Assembly (NCBI GenBank): GCA_964611315.1
Contig: CAZSYW010000001.1
Coordinates: forward strand, 3,353-67,352
DNA from: an uncultured Rhodospirillaceae bacterium
GTDB lineage: Bacteria > Pseudomonadota > Alphaproteobacteria > UBA7887
Direction of reading: 5' to 3'
Length of the DNA stretch: 64,000 nucleotides
The notes below the pieces were generated by a model. That model had not been told where the DNA came from. It searched no databases and saw nothing but the letters and a program-made list of their open reading frames with translations. This document shows, in pieces, positions 39,844 through 48,795 of this stretch (the first letter of the stretch is position 1; the number at the start of each line of letters is the position of its first letter). Both the position numbers and the translations under genes were made by a program.

Positions 39844-39939
39844 TTAGGAACCGATCGCCGTAACCAACAGGACCATGATCACCGTGATAACCAAGCCCAT
39901 CACGATTGTCGTTGGTAATGACTCAAGGGGATTCTTCAT
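39844..39939 (-). CDS. 31-aa single-TM micro-ORF (hypothetical)
   Basis: Not in the ORF track (below the size cut-off). ATG 39939 follows SD AGGAG 8 nt upstream. It encodes MKNPLESLPTTIVMGLVITVIMVLLVTAIGS and stops with TAA at 39844-39846, 27 nt before the next start. Confidence 0.4.
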   Translation of the reverse strand: MKNPLESLPTTIVMGLVITVIMVLLVTAIGS

Positions 39940-40161
39940 GCATCTCGCTCCTAAAATTACATATCCATGTCCGGTGGCGCAGCGATTGCCACCGATGCCC
40001 CGCCGAGACCCCGGACCAAGCGTATAATGATTGCTAAGTCTTTATATGCAACAAAAAAAGGGTGGCCCCGCTGTTTCGTTCTCATACCCGTCCATGGAGT
40101 TGAATGGTTGTTCGACACTTCACCGAGATAACAAAGCAGTGGGAAACGGCAACACCGGCTA

Positions 40162-40998
40162 TCAGCCCTTAAAGGCAGCAGCTCTTTTTTCCACGAAGTG
40201 AGCCACTCCCTCCCTGAAGTCATCACTGTCGAGGCTATCGTACATTTCGTCAAAACCCCGATTCACCGCCTCAGAGAGCGACATATCCTGAGTCCGATAC
40301 ATTTGCTCCTTCATCACCCGCATTGAGCGAGGGGACACAGCCACAGACAATTCTTTCGCATAAGAGCGGACAGCTCCCATAAGTTCATCATGTGGAAAAA
40401 TCCTACTAACCAAGCCCATATCTCGCGCTTCTTCTGCAGCCAGCTTCCGGGCTGAAAGAAGAAGGTCAAACGCGTTCGGCAAACCAACAACCCTGGGTAA
40501 AATCCAGTCTATGCCATGCTCTGCGATCAGACCTCTTTTGGCAAAAGCTGTGGTGAAAACAGCCTCTTGGGACGCAAAACGAACGTCACAATAGAGCGAC
40601 ATTACAAGTCCCAATCCTGCGCAGGGCCCATTGATTGCGGCAAGGACCGGCTTCGGGACTGCGGTAAAATACGTGTAGCGCATATTATGATCAGCCGCCA
40701 AATCCAGTTGGTTAACCATAGGCTCATGATGAAGGCGGTAACGGTCCGTCTCACGCATAACATCGCTGTCTTCGTCGCTTGAAACACTCAACATCGACAT
40801 ATCGGCACCCGCGCAAAAGCCACGTCCCGCACCCGTTAGAATGATCACGCGCACGTTCTTATCAGAGCCGGCCGCATCCATGGCATTTCGAACATCACTT
40901 TCCATCTCCTCGGTCCAAGCATTCAAACGATCGGGCCGGTTAAGCGTGACCGTCGCGATACCTTCGTTTGCTTCGTACAAAATAGCTTTGTATGCCAT
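40162..40998 (-). CDS. enoyl-CoA hydratase/isomerase family protein
   Basis: Crotonase motifs VTLNRPDRLNAW and GAGRGFCAGADM. ATG 40998 (SD AAGGA) is preferred over 41040. Confidence 0.85.
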   Translation of the reverse strand: MAYKAILYEANEGIATVTLNRPDRLNAWTEEMESDVRNAMDAAGSDKNVRVIILTGAGRGFCAGADMSMLSVSSDEDSDVMRETDRYRLHHEPMVNQLDLAADHNMRYTYFTAVPKPVLAAINGPCAGLGLVMSLYCDVRFASQEAVFTTAFAKRGLIAEHGIDWILPRVVGLPNAFDLLLSARKLAAEEARDMGLVSRIFPHDELMGAVRSYAKELSVAVSPRSMRVMKEQMYRTQDMSLSEAVNRGFDEMYDSLDSDDFREGVAHFVEKRAAAFKG

Positions 40999-41173
40999 TG
41001 ATTTCACGTCCTTCACATCTCGCTTGATACACATAGACAATGGTTTGGTTCGACTGTAGCCACGGCTTTGGTTGCCCTCACTCAGACATTTATCATCTGG
41101 AACGACCGCAACAGGCTCTCAATTCAAATCTGCACTCAGCCCTCCGTTTCAGGTCACACGTGACCTTATTAAG

Positions 41174-42181
41174 CTATATCACTTGAAACCCGTGACGATA
41201 GGGATCTCGATCATCCACGACAATTGTATTGTGACCCGTCACTCGCGCCCACCCGGTTATGGCGGTTCGGATCGCACTAAAATTTCCAAGCATCGTTTCG
41301 GCAAGAACTTCCCCCTTAAACGTACTCCCAATGATACTTTCATGGACAAAAGTATCTCCAACGTGAAGCACCCCACGCGATACCAGTTGCGCCATTCGGG
41401 CTGAAGTTCCGGTCCCACAGGGAGAACGATCGATCGCCGAAGAACCGTAGAAAACAGCGTTGCGACCGTCAGCGCCAGATTTAGCAGCATCCCCAGTCCA
41501 CATGACGTGACTAACTCCCCTAATCGTCGCATCCAAAGGGTGCACGACATTACGTAAACTGTTTATTTGTTCGCGCAGAAGCGGACTCAGCCGCTTAATA
41601 TCTGACACGCTCAACGAGTCAAGCGCCTGGCATCCTGGTTGTGGATCAATAATTGCGTAAAAGTTTCCTCCGTAAACAATATCGCATTTAACTTCACCGA
41701 ATTCTGGGGAATCCAAAACTAAGTCTGCTTCGTGTAAGTAACTGGGAACATTTTCAATTCGAACTGATTCGACGTGCGGACCATCCAATTGATATGCTGC
41801 TGCAACCAAACCCGCAGGGGTGTCCAACCGTAACTCACCGTCCCTCATCGGATTTGCAAAACCACCCTCGATAGCAATGCTTACCGTGCCAATCACGCCG
41901 TGCCCGCACATCGGCAGGCACCCTGAAGTCTCTATGAAAATCAAACCGAGGTCACAGTCGTCTCTTATCGCTGGATAGAGCAGGGATCCTGACATCAAAT
42001 CGTGGCCACGTGGTTCATACATTAAAGATTGTCGAATCCAATCAAATCGGGCGATAAAATCCTGGCGCTTTAAGCTCATGGTATCACCCCGAAGCGCCGG
42101 AGCACCATCCACAACTACGCGGACCGGATTTCCACATGTGTGCCCGTCCACACATGAAAAAGTGTGACGTTCATTACTCAT
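41174..42181 (-). CDS. proline racemase family protein, Cys/Cys type (4-hydroxyproline 2-epimerase or proline racemase)
   Basis: 335 aa with family motifs DGHTCGNPVRVV, LPMCGHG (first catalytic Cys) and DRSPCGTGTSA (second catalytic Cys, not the Thr found in dehydratases). Confidence 0.8.
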   Translation of the reverse strand: MSNERHTFSCVDGHTCGNPVRVVVDGAPALRGDTMSLKRQDFIARFDWIRQSLMYEPRGHDLMSGSLLYPAIRDDCDLGLIFIETSGCLPMCGHGVIGTVSIAIEGGFANPMRDGELRLDTPAGLVAAAYQLDGPHVESVRIENVPSYLHEADLVLDSPEFGEVKCDIVYGGNFYAIIDPQPGCQALDSLSVSDIKRLSPLLREQINSLRNVVHPLDATIRGVSHVMWTGDAAKSGADGRNAVFYGSSAIDRSPCGTGTSARMAQLVSRGVLHVGDTFVHESIIGSTFKGEVLAETMLGNFSAIRTAITGWARVTGHNTIVVDDRDPYRHGFQVI

Positions 42182-42376
42182 CTCAATTCACTCATCAATC
42201 TGCCTCGACAGTATTCTACCCTAATTTAAAAAATATGAATCAAGTGGACTGACCAAAACACCAAAAAACAAGAGCAATATTTGCGTGAACACCGTAAAGG
42301 GCTAAACTAGAAACTAATAAGCTCAAGGATTCTCACTCTACTCTTACACCATAAAGAACGGACTAAAGTCGTGGTT

Positions 42377-43402
42377 ATGAAACCTGTACGTTGGGGGGTG
42401 CTCAGCACTGCTAAGATTGGCCGCGAACACGTCATCCCCGCAATGCAACAAGGTAAACTCTGTGACATTCAGGCAATAGCCTCACGCGATCCGATAAAGG
42501 CACGTGAAACAGCTAATGTACTTGGTATAACAAATTGTTATGGATCCTATGAAGAACTGCTCGCTAACTCGGACATAGAGGCGATTTACAATCCGTTACC
42601 TAACCACATGCATGTACCGTGGAGCATTAAGGCCGCTGAAGCAGGAAAACATGTGTTGTGTGAAAAACCCATTGCACTAACTGCAAGCGAAGCACGTAAA
42701 TTGCTTGCAGCGCGAGACAAGCACGGCGTCTTGATCGAAGAGGCTTTTATGCCGCGACATCACCCACAGTGGAAACGAGTCCGTTCCTTGTTACGCCAAG
42801 GCACACTGGGCAAAATTCTCGCGGTGCAGGCAGTGTTTAGCTACCACAACACCGATCCGAAAGACGTTCGCAATCAAGTCGAAATTGGGGGAGGCGGACT
42901 TTACGACATTGGCAGTTATTGCATCACGCTAAGCCGCTACGTCTTTGAAATCGCTCCAAAACGCGTGAGCGCGGTAATTAACCGAGACCCTGTCTTTGGA
43001 ACGGATCGCTTAACTGGAGCAACCATAGATTTTGGGGAGGGGCGACAGGCGAGCTTTGTTTGTAGCACGCAGATGGTGCGGTACCAACAGCTCCTTATCT
43101 TGGGGACAAAGAGTTGGCTTCGGATGGATTGCCCGTTCGCAATGCCAAAGGACTGGCGTCCACAAATCGAAATAGGAGCTCATTCCGCTCCACCTTACGG
43201 ACCGACTGGAGTCGGAAAAATCGAAAAATTTGAGCCCGTAGACCATTACATGTTGCAAGGCGATGAGTTTTCCAATCGTGTGAGGACCGGGACCGCCGCC
43301 GATTTTCCACTGGAGGATGCGATCGAAAATATGGAGGTCATCGACTCAATATTTAAGGCCGCGCAATCAAATTCCTGGGAAACAATTCAACCTAATGCCT
43401 AA
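42377..43402 (+). CDS. Gfo/Idh/MocA family oxidoreductase
   Basis: N-terminal Rossmann region WGVLSTAKIG and the EKP motif (CEKPIALT). The start is ATG 42377 or GTG 42371. Confidence 0.85.
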   Translation: MKPVRWGVLSTAKIGREHVIPAMQQGKLCDIQAIASRDPIKARETANVLGITNCYGSYEELLANSDIEAIYNPLPNHMHVPWSIKAAEAGKHVLCEKPIALTASEARKLLAARDKHGVLIEEAFMPRHHPQWKRVRSLLRQGTLGKILAVQAVFSYHNTDPKDVRNQVEIGGGGLYDIGSYCITLSRYVFEIAPKRVSAVINRDPVFGTDRLTGATIDFGEGRQASFVCSTQMVRYQQLLILGTKSWLRMDCPFAMPKDWRPQIEIGAHSAPPYGPTGVGKIEKFEPVDHYMLQGDEFSNRVRTGTAADFPLEDAIENMEVIDSIFKAAQSNSWETIQPNA

Positions 43403-44456
43403 TAACGCCCGGAAGGTGTTCCCACCAACGGATACGGAAAGGCATGATTTGCAAAAGTGGCTCGCCGGGTTGCCTAAAGCAGAGTTACACTTGCATCTGG
43501 AAGGTGCTATTCCCATAGATAGCCTGTGGTCTCTTATTAAGAGGCACGGAGGCGATCCCTCTGTTCCGACGAAAGAAGATTTACGTCCGCAGTTAACCTA
43601 CTCAGATTTTCCGGAGTTCATTGAAAAGTGGATCTGGAAAAATAACTTTCTTCGCACTTATGATGATTTTTCATTTATAGCGGAGGAAGTCGCAGGCGAC
43701 CTTCTCCGACAAAACATTCTCTACGCAGAACTCTTTTTTTCACCATCTAGATTCGCTGACCGAGGATTGACAGTCATCGGGCTCGCCAAAGCTATTCGCA
43801 AAGGCTTAGATAAGGTACGTGGATGCGAAATATGGCTAATTGCCGACTTGGTCCGCGACCATGGCCCGGAGCAAGCCGCCATTACCCTTGCCGAGGCTGC
43901 CAAAGCGCGCCAATACGGAATTGTGGGCATCGGCATCGGCGGTTCTGAACATCGGTTTCCTCCAGAACCATTCGCAGAGGTCTTTGCAGAAGCGCGGCAA
44001 CTTGGCTTCAAAACAAGCGCCCATGCGGGAGAAGCGTCCGGCTCAAACAGCGTGCGTGGCGCGGTTCAGTCACTTTTAGTTGACCGTATTGGACACGCTA
44101 CTCGCGCGGAAGATGATCCCGAACTTCTGAAGTTACTTGCAGACCGACAAATTCCTCTCGAACTTTGTCCGTTATCAAACGTTGCAACCGGGACAATCGA
44201 TTCAATCTCTGATCACCCGGTTCGGCGCTATTGGGAACTGGGATTATTGGTGACCGTCAATACAGATGACCCTGGGATGTTTCATAATCGATTAGTGGAT
44301 GAATACATCCAACTCGTGGAGACATTTCATTTCGAGTTGCCAGATATTCGGAAGGTTGTACTTAACGCCCTTGCCAGCTCCTGGAGACCTGAGACTAATT
44401 CCAAACCTCTACACAAACTTTTTTCTGATCATCCCGGTTGGCAGCTACCACAATAA
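43395..44456 (+). CDS. add: adenosine deaminase family protein
   Basis: Motifs KAELHLHLEGA, SAHAGE and VNTDDPGMF. ATG 43395 overlaps the upstream stop by 8 nt. The track start 43317 lies inside the upstream gene. Confidence 0.85.
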   Translation: MPNNARKVFPPTDTERHDLQKWLAGLPKAELHLHLEGAIPIDSLWSLIKRHGGDPSVPTKEDLRPQLTYSDFPEFIEKWIWKNNFLRTYDDFSFIAEEVAGDLLRQNILYAELFFSPSRFADRGLTVIGLAKAIRKGLDKVRGCEIWLIADLVRDHGPEQAAITLAEAAKARQYGIVGIGIGGSEHRFPPEPFAEVFAEARQLGFKTSAHAGEASGSNSVRGAVQSLLVDRIGHATRAEDDPELLKLLADRQIPLELCPLSNVATGTIDSISDHPVRRYWELGLLVTVNTDDPGMFHNRLVDEYIQLVETFHFELPDIRKVVLNALASSWRPETNSKPLHKLFSDHPGWQLPQ

Positions 44457-44551
44457 TACCGTGCTGAATTGCCTCATCCGTTTCGCGGCCAGCCTAACCA
44501 ACCTGGCAAGCCTCTGGCACAGTAATGATGACTCTTCTAGGATAAGTCCGC

Positions 44552-45301
44552 CTACTTGCCTAAAAATCGACGCATGCCTTCGATATGTGCTCCCCGTGCG
44601 AACGCGAGTCGAATGGCTTGCCGCTCCACCTCCAAACCCGTTGCTAAGTTTGTTTCATAGGCCGCTTTGACGGATTTTTTAACCATCATAGCCCCAATAG
44701 GGTTTTTCTCAGCTATACTCGCTGCCAGCTCAATTGCGTTCTCAAGAGCTGTGCCCCGTGGCACCAATTTAGCTATCAAACCAGCAGACTCCGCCGTAAC
44801 CGCGTCAATCGGCTCTCCGGTTAGCATCATCCGCATCGCCAAACCTTTGCCAACGACCCTGGTCAAACGCTGGGTCGCTCCGTCTCCCGGCAGAATACCT
44901 AAATTTATTTCGGGCTGGCCAAAGCGACAGTCTTCAGCAGCCACGACGAAATCCGTTAGCATGGCAAGTTCATGCCCACCGCCAAAGGCAAACCCCTCGA
45001 CTGCTGCAATTATTGGTTTAGGAAATTTGGTTATGATTTCCCAATTGCGCTGACGACCGGGATTGTCGATGGCATCTATGCCATGCGCCTCCATTTCTGA
45101 GATATCAGCGCCGGCAGAAAAGACACCGCCAGCACCCACGAGCACGCAACACCGCACCTCTTCTGATTCTTCTGCACGGACAACTGCTTCCGCAAGCCTC
45201 CCTATCAAAGCATTACTCAAGGCGTTCCGTTTAGTTGGACGATTGAGTGTGAATTGAGCAACTCCCGGCCGAGGTATCTCCTCAATTACCAAGTCAGACA
45301 T
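44552..45301 (-). CDS. enoyl-CoA hydratase (crotonase)
   Basis: 249 aa with FTLNRPTKRNAL, GAGGVFSAGADISEM and FGGGHELAM. Confidence 0.88.
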   Translation of the reverse strand: MSDLVIEEIPRPGVAQFTLNRPTKRNALSNALIGRLAEAVVRAEESEEVRCCVLVGAGGVFSAGADISEMEAHGIDAIDNPGRQRNWEIITKFPKPIIAAVEGFAFGGGHELAMLTDFVVAAEDCRFGQPEINLGILPGDGATQRLTRVVGKGLAMRMMLTGEPIDAVTAESAGLIAKLVPRGTALENAIELAASIAEKNPIGAMMVKKSVKAAYETNLATGLEVERQAIRLAFARGAHIEGMRRFLGK

Positions 45302-45313
45302 GTTGTTTTCTCC

Positions 45314-46237
45314 CTATCGCCTGTCAGTTAACGATATTTCGTCAGCCATCACCTCTAACGCCATACGCAAAAGTCGAGACGATGCCTCTCTCGTCATAAA
45401 ACCCGCATGAGCCGTAAGCGTTACATTATCGAGATGGGTGAATGGGTGCGCACGAGCAAGCGGTTCTTCGGCAAAAACATCGAGTGCCGCATGCGATATA
45501 CGCTCCGTTCTTAAAGCCTCAATCAGCGCAGATTCGTCGACCAGGCCTCCGCGCGCAGTGTTGACAAAAATTGCGTTTTTATCTAGCAGAGAAAGTCGGC
45601 GAGCGCTGACTAAACCCTTAGTATCATCCGTTAAAGATAGGTGCAGAGAGACAACATCAGCAACTCTAAAAACCTCGTCGAGGGAAAGCTCCTTACATGG
45701 CAAGTGGTTTGAAATACCGCTCCGGTTCCAAGCCACCACTTTCATGCCCAATGCGGATCCAAGCTTAACCATTTCCGCACCGATGCCTCCTGTTCCCACC
45801 ACTCCCAACGTTTTTCCAGAAAATTCAATGGAATCCAAAGTCTGCCATTGGCCACTACGAATCGCCCGATCCATCGCTGCAATTTTTCGCCCCGCCGCGA
45901 ACATTAGTGCGATAGCGTGCTCCGCGACGCTTCGGTCTCCGTAGCCACGAATTGTCCGCACCCCAATCCCTACCCTATGAGCGGCAGAAAGATCTATATA
46001 ACTGGAGGCACCAGTTCCCATGAAAACGACTGTCTTTAAATTTTGACACGACTCCAACAACTTCGAATTCATTTTTGTGTGATCATTTATCAGGAACCGG
46101 CAATCGGCCAACAATTTGGTCAGATCTTCCGGGGCCGGATCACCTGTTCTCAGATCCAAACCAGGCACAATCTGCTGCATATCCGCAGTATACAGGTCTG
46201 CCAGAAACTCGGGACAGTCGATAAATTTTGCAACCAT
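45314..46237 (-). CDS. D-isomer-specific 2-hydroxyacid dehydrogenase
   Basis: Contains GVVGTGGIGAEMVKL (NAD binding), NTARGGLVDE and LDVFAEEP. ATG 46237 is preferred over 46276. Confidence 0.85.
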   Translation of the reverse strand: MVAKFIDCPEFLADLYTADMQQIVPGLDLRTGDPAPEDLTKLLADCRFLINDHTKMNSKLLESCQNLKTVVFMGTGASSYIDLSAAHRVGIGVRTIRGYGDRSVAEHAIALMFAAGRKIAAMDRAIRSGQWQTLDSIEFSGKTLGVVGTGGIGAEMVKLGSALGMKVVAWNRSGISNHLPCKELSLDEVFRVADVVSLHLSLTDDTKGLVSARRLSLLDKNAIFVNTARGGLVDESALIEALRTERISHAALDVFAEEPLARAHPFTHLDNVTLTAHAGFMTREASSRLLRMALEVMADEISLTDRR

Positions 46238-46402
46238 GATCAGCCTGCCTATACGAAAGTATGTTTTTTGCCGCACTTCAGTTTACATTAGGTCAAAATT
46301 CAGTTCAGATTGAAGTGTTTTCATTTGGCAATTTCCCACAATGAAGACTTAAGGGTTGGTCTTATAAGAAGGCCTTAATAACAGGCCGCAGAGAAGGTGC
46401 AC

Positions 46403-46825
46403 ATGCCCAATGACCGTGAACTCCCATCCCGCGGAAAACTTATCAAATCGGAAGCCGAGTGGCGCGCCCAGCTAACACCGGAACAATATGAGGTCACCCG
46501 GAATCATGGGACTGAGCCAGCATTTTCTGGACGCTACTGGGACACGAAGACAACCGGAATATATGGATGCGTTTGCTGCGGCGAGAAACTATTTAGCTCG
46601 GACACAAAGTACGACTCGGGAACAGGCTGGCCCAGTTTCTATACAGCAATATCTGGAGATCGCATTACAACACGTGTTGACAACAGCTACGGCATGGTCC
46701 GGACCGAGGTTTTATGTGCAAAATGCGACTCTCATCTCGGCCATGTGTTTGAGGATGGGCCTCCGCCAAACGGGCTGCGCTATTGCCTAAATTCGGCTTC
46801 GCTTGAGTTAAAGAAAAAACCCTAG
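46403..46825 (+). CDS. msrB: peptide-methionine (R)-S-oxide reductase
   Basis: Contains [30 protein letters not shown] and RYCLNS (SelR motifs). ATG 46403 lies 5 nt after SD GAGAAGG. Confidence 0.92.
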   Translation: MPNDRELPSRGKLIKSEAEWRAQLTPEQYEVTRNHGTEPAFSGRYWDTKTTGIYGCVCCGEKLFSSDTKYDSGTGWPSFYTAISGDRITTRVDNSYGMVRTEVLCAKCDSHLGHVFEDGPPPNGLRYCLNSASLELKKKP

Positions 46826-46891
46826 TTTTCTTTTTACCCACACACCAAGCGTCTCTCCTGTTCGGCTTTCCTGGGAAACATTGATCTATAG

Positions 46892-47446
46892 TTAAAGATC
46901 GTCTGGTATCTCGTGAGCTCGCCCGTGGCGTCTAATTATGTCCGCAAGATCCGGATCTCGTGCTGCGATACGAGCATGATGTGCTCGCAAAGCTGCTTTA
47001 AGTGCGCCTCCACAGGAAAGCAATCGGTCGGCAAGACTGATCATCATACTGTTTGGCCAATTCCGCGGCCGAATGCGGTCAATTTCCTCAAATATCTCTG
47101 CTTCTCGGCCAGGGTTTTTTTCGGCCAAAATAATTGCTGCGGCTGCAGTTGAACGTGAAATACCAGCATGGCAGTGAACCAACAAATGTTTAACCCGAGA
47201 CTCACTCAGGCCTTTGCTCCAATCCACTAACTTTCCGATATCTGAGCTGGCTGGATGGATGCGGCCGGCGCTTGGAATGGTCGCGTCATCAAAGCGGAAA
47301 ATAATCCGATCCTCTGAGGAAATTTTGGCCAATCCATCCGGCTCCGGATAATCCGGGTCTAGGATAGAAATGACATGCGTGACGTCCAGACTCAAAAACC
47401 CACTTAGTTCATCAAGCCCGCAAATCGATAAGGTAAATGGCAGCAT
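46892..47446 (-). CDS. tyrosine/dual-specificity phosphatase-like protein (CX5R)
   Basis: 184 aa with the P-loop HCHAGISRS (the CX5R signature) after a beta-rich N-terminal part. No signal peptide. Confidence 0.65.
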   Translation of the reverse strand: MLPFTLSICGLDELSGFLSLDVTHVISILDPDYPEPDGLAKISSEDRIIFRFDDATIPSAGRIHPASSDIGKLVDWSKGLSESRVKHLLVHCHAGISRSTAAAAIILAEKNPGREAEIFEEIDRIRPRNWPNSMMISLADRLLSCGGALKAALRAHHARIAARDPDLADIIRRHGRAHEIPDDL

Positions 47447-47590
47447 GGGGATAGCGTGTATGAATTTAAGTCAGTGTTTGTATACATATAACCTTTTGAC
47501 GTCGCCAAGTGGGAACAAATACTGGTATTCGACAAAAAAACAGAACACGATCTAGATTTAACAATTCATAAGTGATTTTGGAGAAAAAGT

Positions 47591-47971
47591 ATGACAACGG
47601 AAACCTACGACAAAGGCCTTGAAATCCGACGTGCCGTACTCGGAAATGAGTATGTCGATAAGGCAATGGCTGCAGCCGATGACTTCAACCAACCCATGCA
47701 GGAACTAGTGACAGAATACTGCTGGGGTTCGGTTTGGGGCCGCCCTGGATTACCGCGCAAAACCCGAAGCCTTCTAAATTTAGCTATGCTGTCAGCTCTC
47801 AATCGGTCACCTGAGCTAAAACTCCACGTCAGAGGGGCGCTGACCAACGGGGTGACAAAAAATGAAATAGCAGAGGTGTTTTTGCAGGTGGCTATTTACT
47901 GCGGAGTGCCATCAGCGATCGACTCCTTTCGCACTGCACGTGAAGTTTTCGCTGAAACGGACTCAGACTAA
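47591..47971 (+). CDS. carboxymuconolactone decarboxylase family protein (PcaC-like)
   Basis: 126 aa. EYCWGSVWGRPGLPRKTRSLLNLAMLSALNR...EIAEVFLQVAIYCGVP fits the gamma-CMD pattern. SD GGAGAA lies upstream. Confidence 0.8.
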   Translation: MTTETYDKGLEIRRAVLGNEYVDKAMAAADDFNQPMQELVTEYCWGSVWGRPGLPRKTRSLLNLAMLSALNRSPELKLHVRGALTNGVTKNEIAEVFLQVAIYCGVPSAIDSFRTAREVFAETDSD

Positions 47972-47994
47972 CGTAAAACGAGGTGTTCTGTATC

Positions 47995-48795
47995 ATGACT
48001 GAACCAGAGCCGTTTAAAGTTTACGCTATTCGCTATGCGCACCACGGGGGGCGCAAAGCTAATGAAATGTTCATTGGTGGAGACCCCCATGATGGCCCGA
48101 TGGCGCTTGACTATTTTGTGTGGGTGGCGATTAGCTCAACACATACTTACTTAATCGATACGGGGTTTAGCGCCGAAGTTGCGCTGCGTCGGCAACGCAC
48201 TCTTTTGCGCACACCCGTGGAGGGCCTAGAACTCCTCGGGATAGATGCGGCTACTGTTCAAAACGTAATCCTGACACACCTTCATTACGACCACGTGGGT
48301 AATTTCCACATGTTTCCCGACGCAACACTTCATGTGCAAGAAAAGGAAATGGCGTACGCAACAGGCCGATATATGCGCGAACCGCCCTTGAGGGGCGCAT
48401 ATGAGGTGGAAGATGTGATCTCCCTAGTGAGAGAAGTATATGGAGGCCGAGTGGAGTTCCACGATGGCGATACGATTTTGTCCCCAGGCATTAGTGTACA
48501 TTTTATTGGCGGACACACGATGGGCATGCAGTGTGTCCGTTTATGGACTCAACGGGGCTGGCTCGTGCTAGCATCGGACGCTAGTCATCTTTACGCTAAC
48601 ATGGAGGAGATAAAGCCGTTTCCGATTGTATTCGATGTTGGTGCTATGGTTGATGGATACAGAACCCTACGCGCATTAGCTGACTCCACGGACCACATCA
48701 TCCCCGGACACGACCCTTTGGTTATCGAGCGATATCCTCCACCTACCAAAGAACTGAGCGGCATTGTAGTACGATTGGACGTGCCCCCGCATTAA
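47995..48795 (+). CDS. MBL-fold hydrolase, N-acyl-homoserine-lactonase-like
   Basis: Contains the HxHxDH motif as HLHYDHVGN, plus a later His (IGGHTMG) and Asp (ASDASH). ATG 47995 follows SD AGGTG. The track start is 47983. Confidence 0.75.
   Translation: MTEPEPFKVYAIRYAHHGGRKANEMFIGGDPHDGPMALDYFVWVAISSTHTYLIDTGFSAEVALRRQRTLLRTPVEGLELLGIDAATVQNVILTHLHYDHVGNFHMFPDATLHVQEKEMAYATGRYMREPPLRGAYEVEDVISLVREVYGGRVEFHDGDTILSPGISVHFIGGHTMGMQCVRLWTQRGWLVLASDASHLYANMEEIKPFPIVFDVGAMVDGYRTLRALADSTDHIIPGHDPLVIERYPPPTKELSGIVVRLDVPPH

Noticed and set aside
46810-46833. Hairpin AAAGAAAA / TTTTCTTT spanning the msrB stop codon.
   Set aside because: The stem is almost entirely A-T (one G-C pair). It is too weak to call a terminator.
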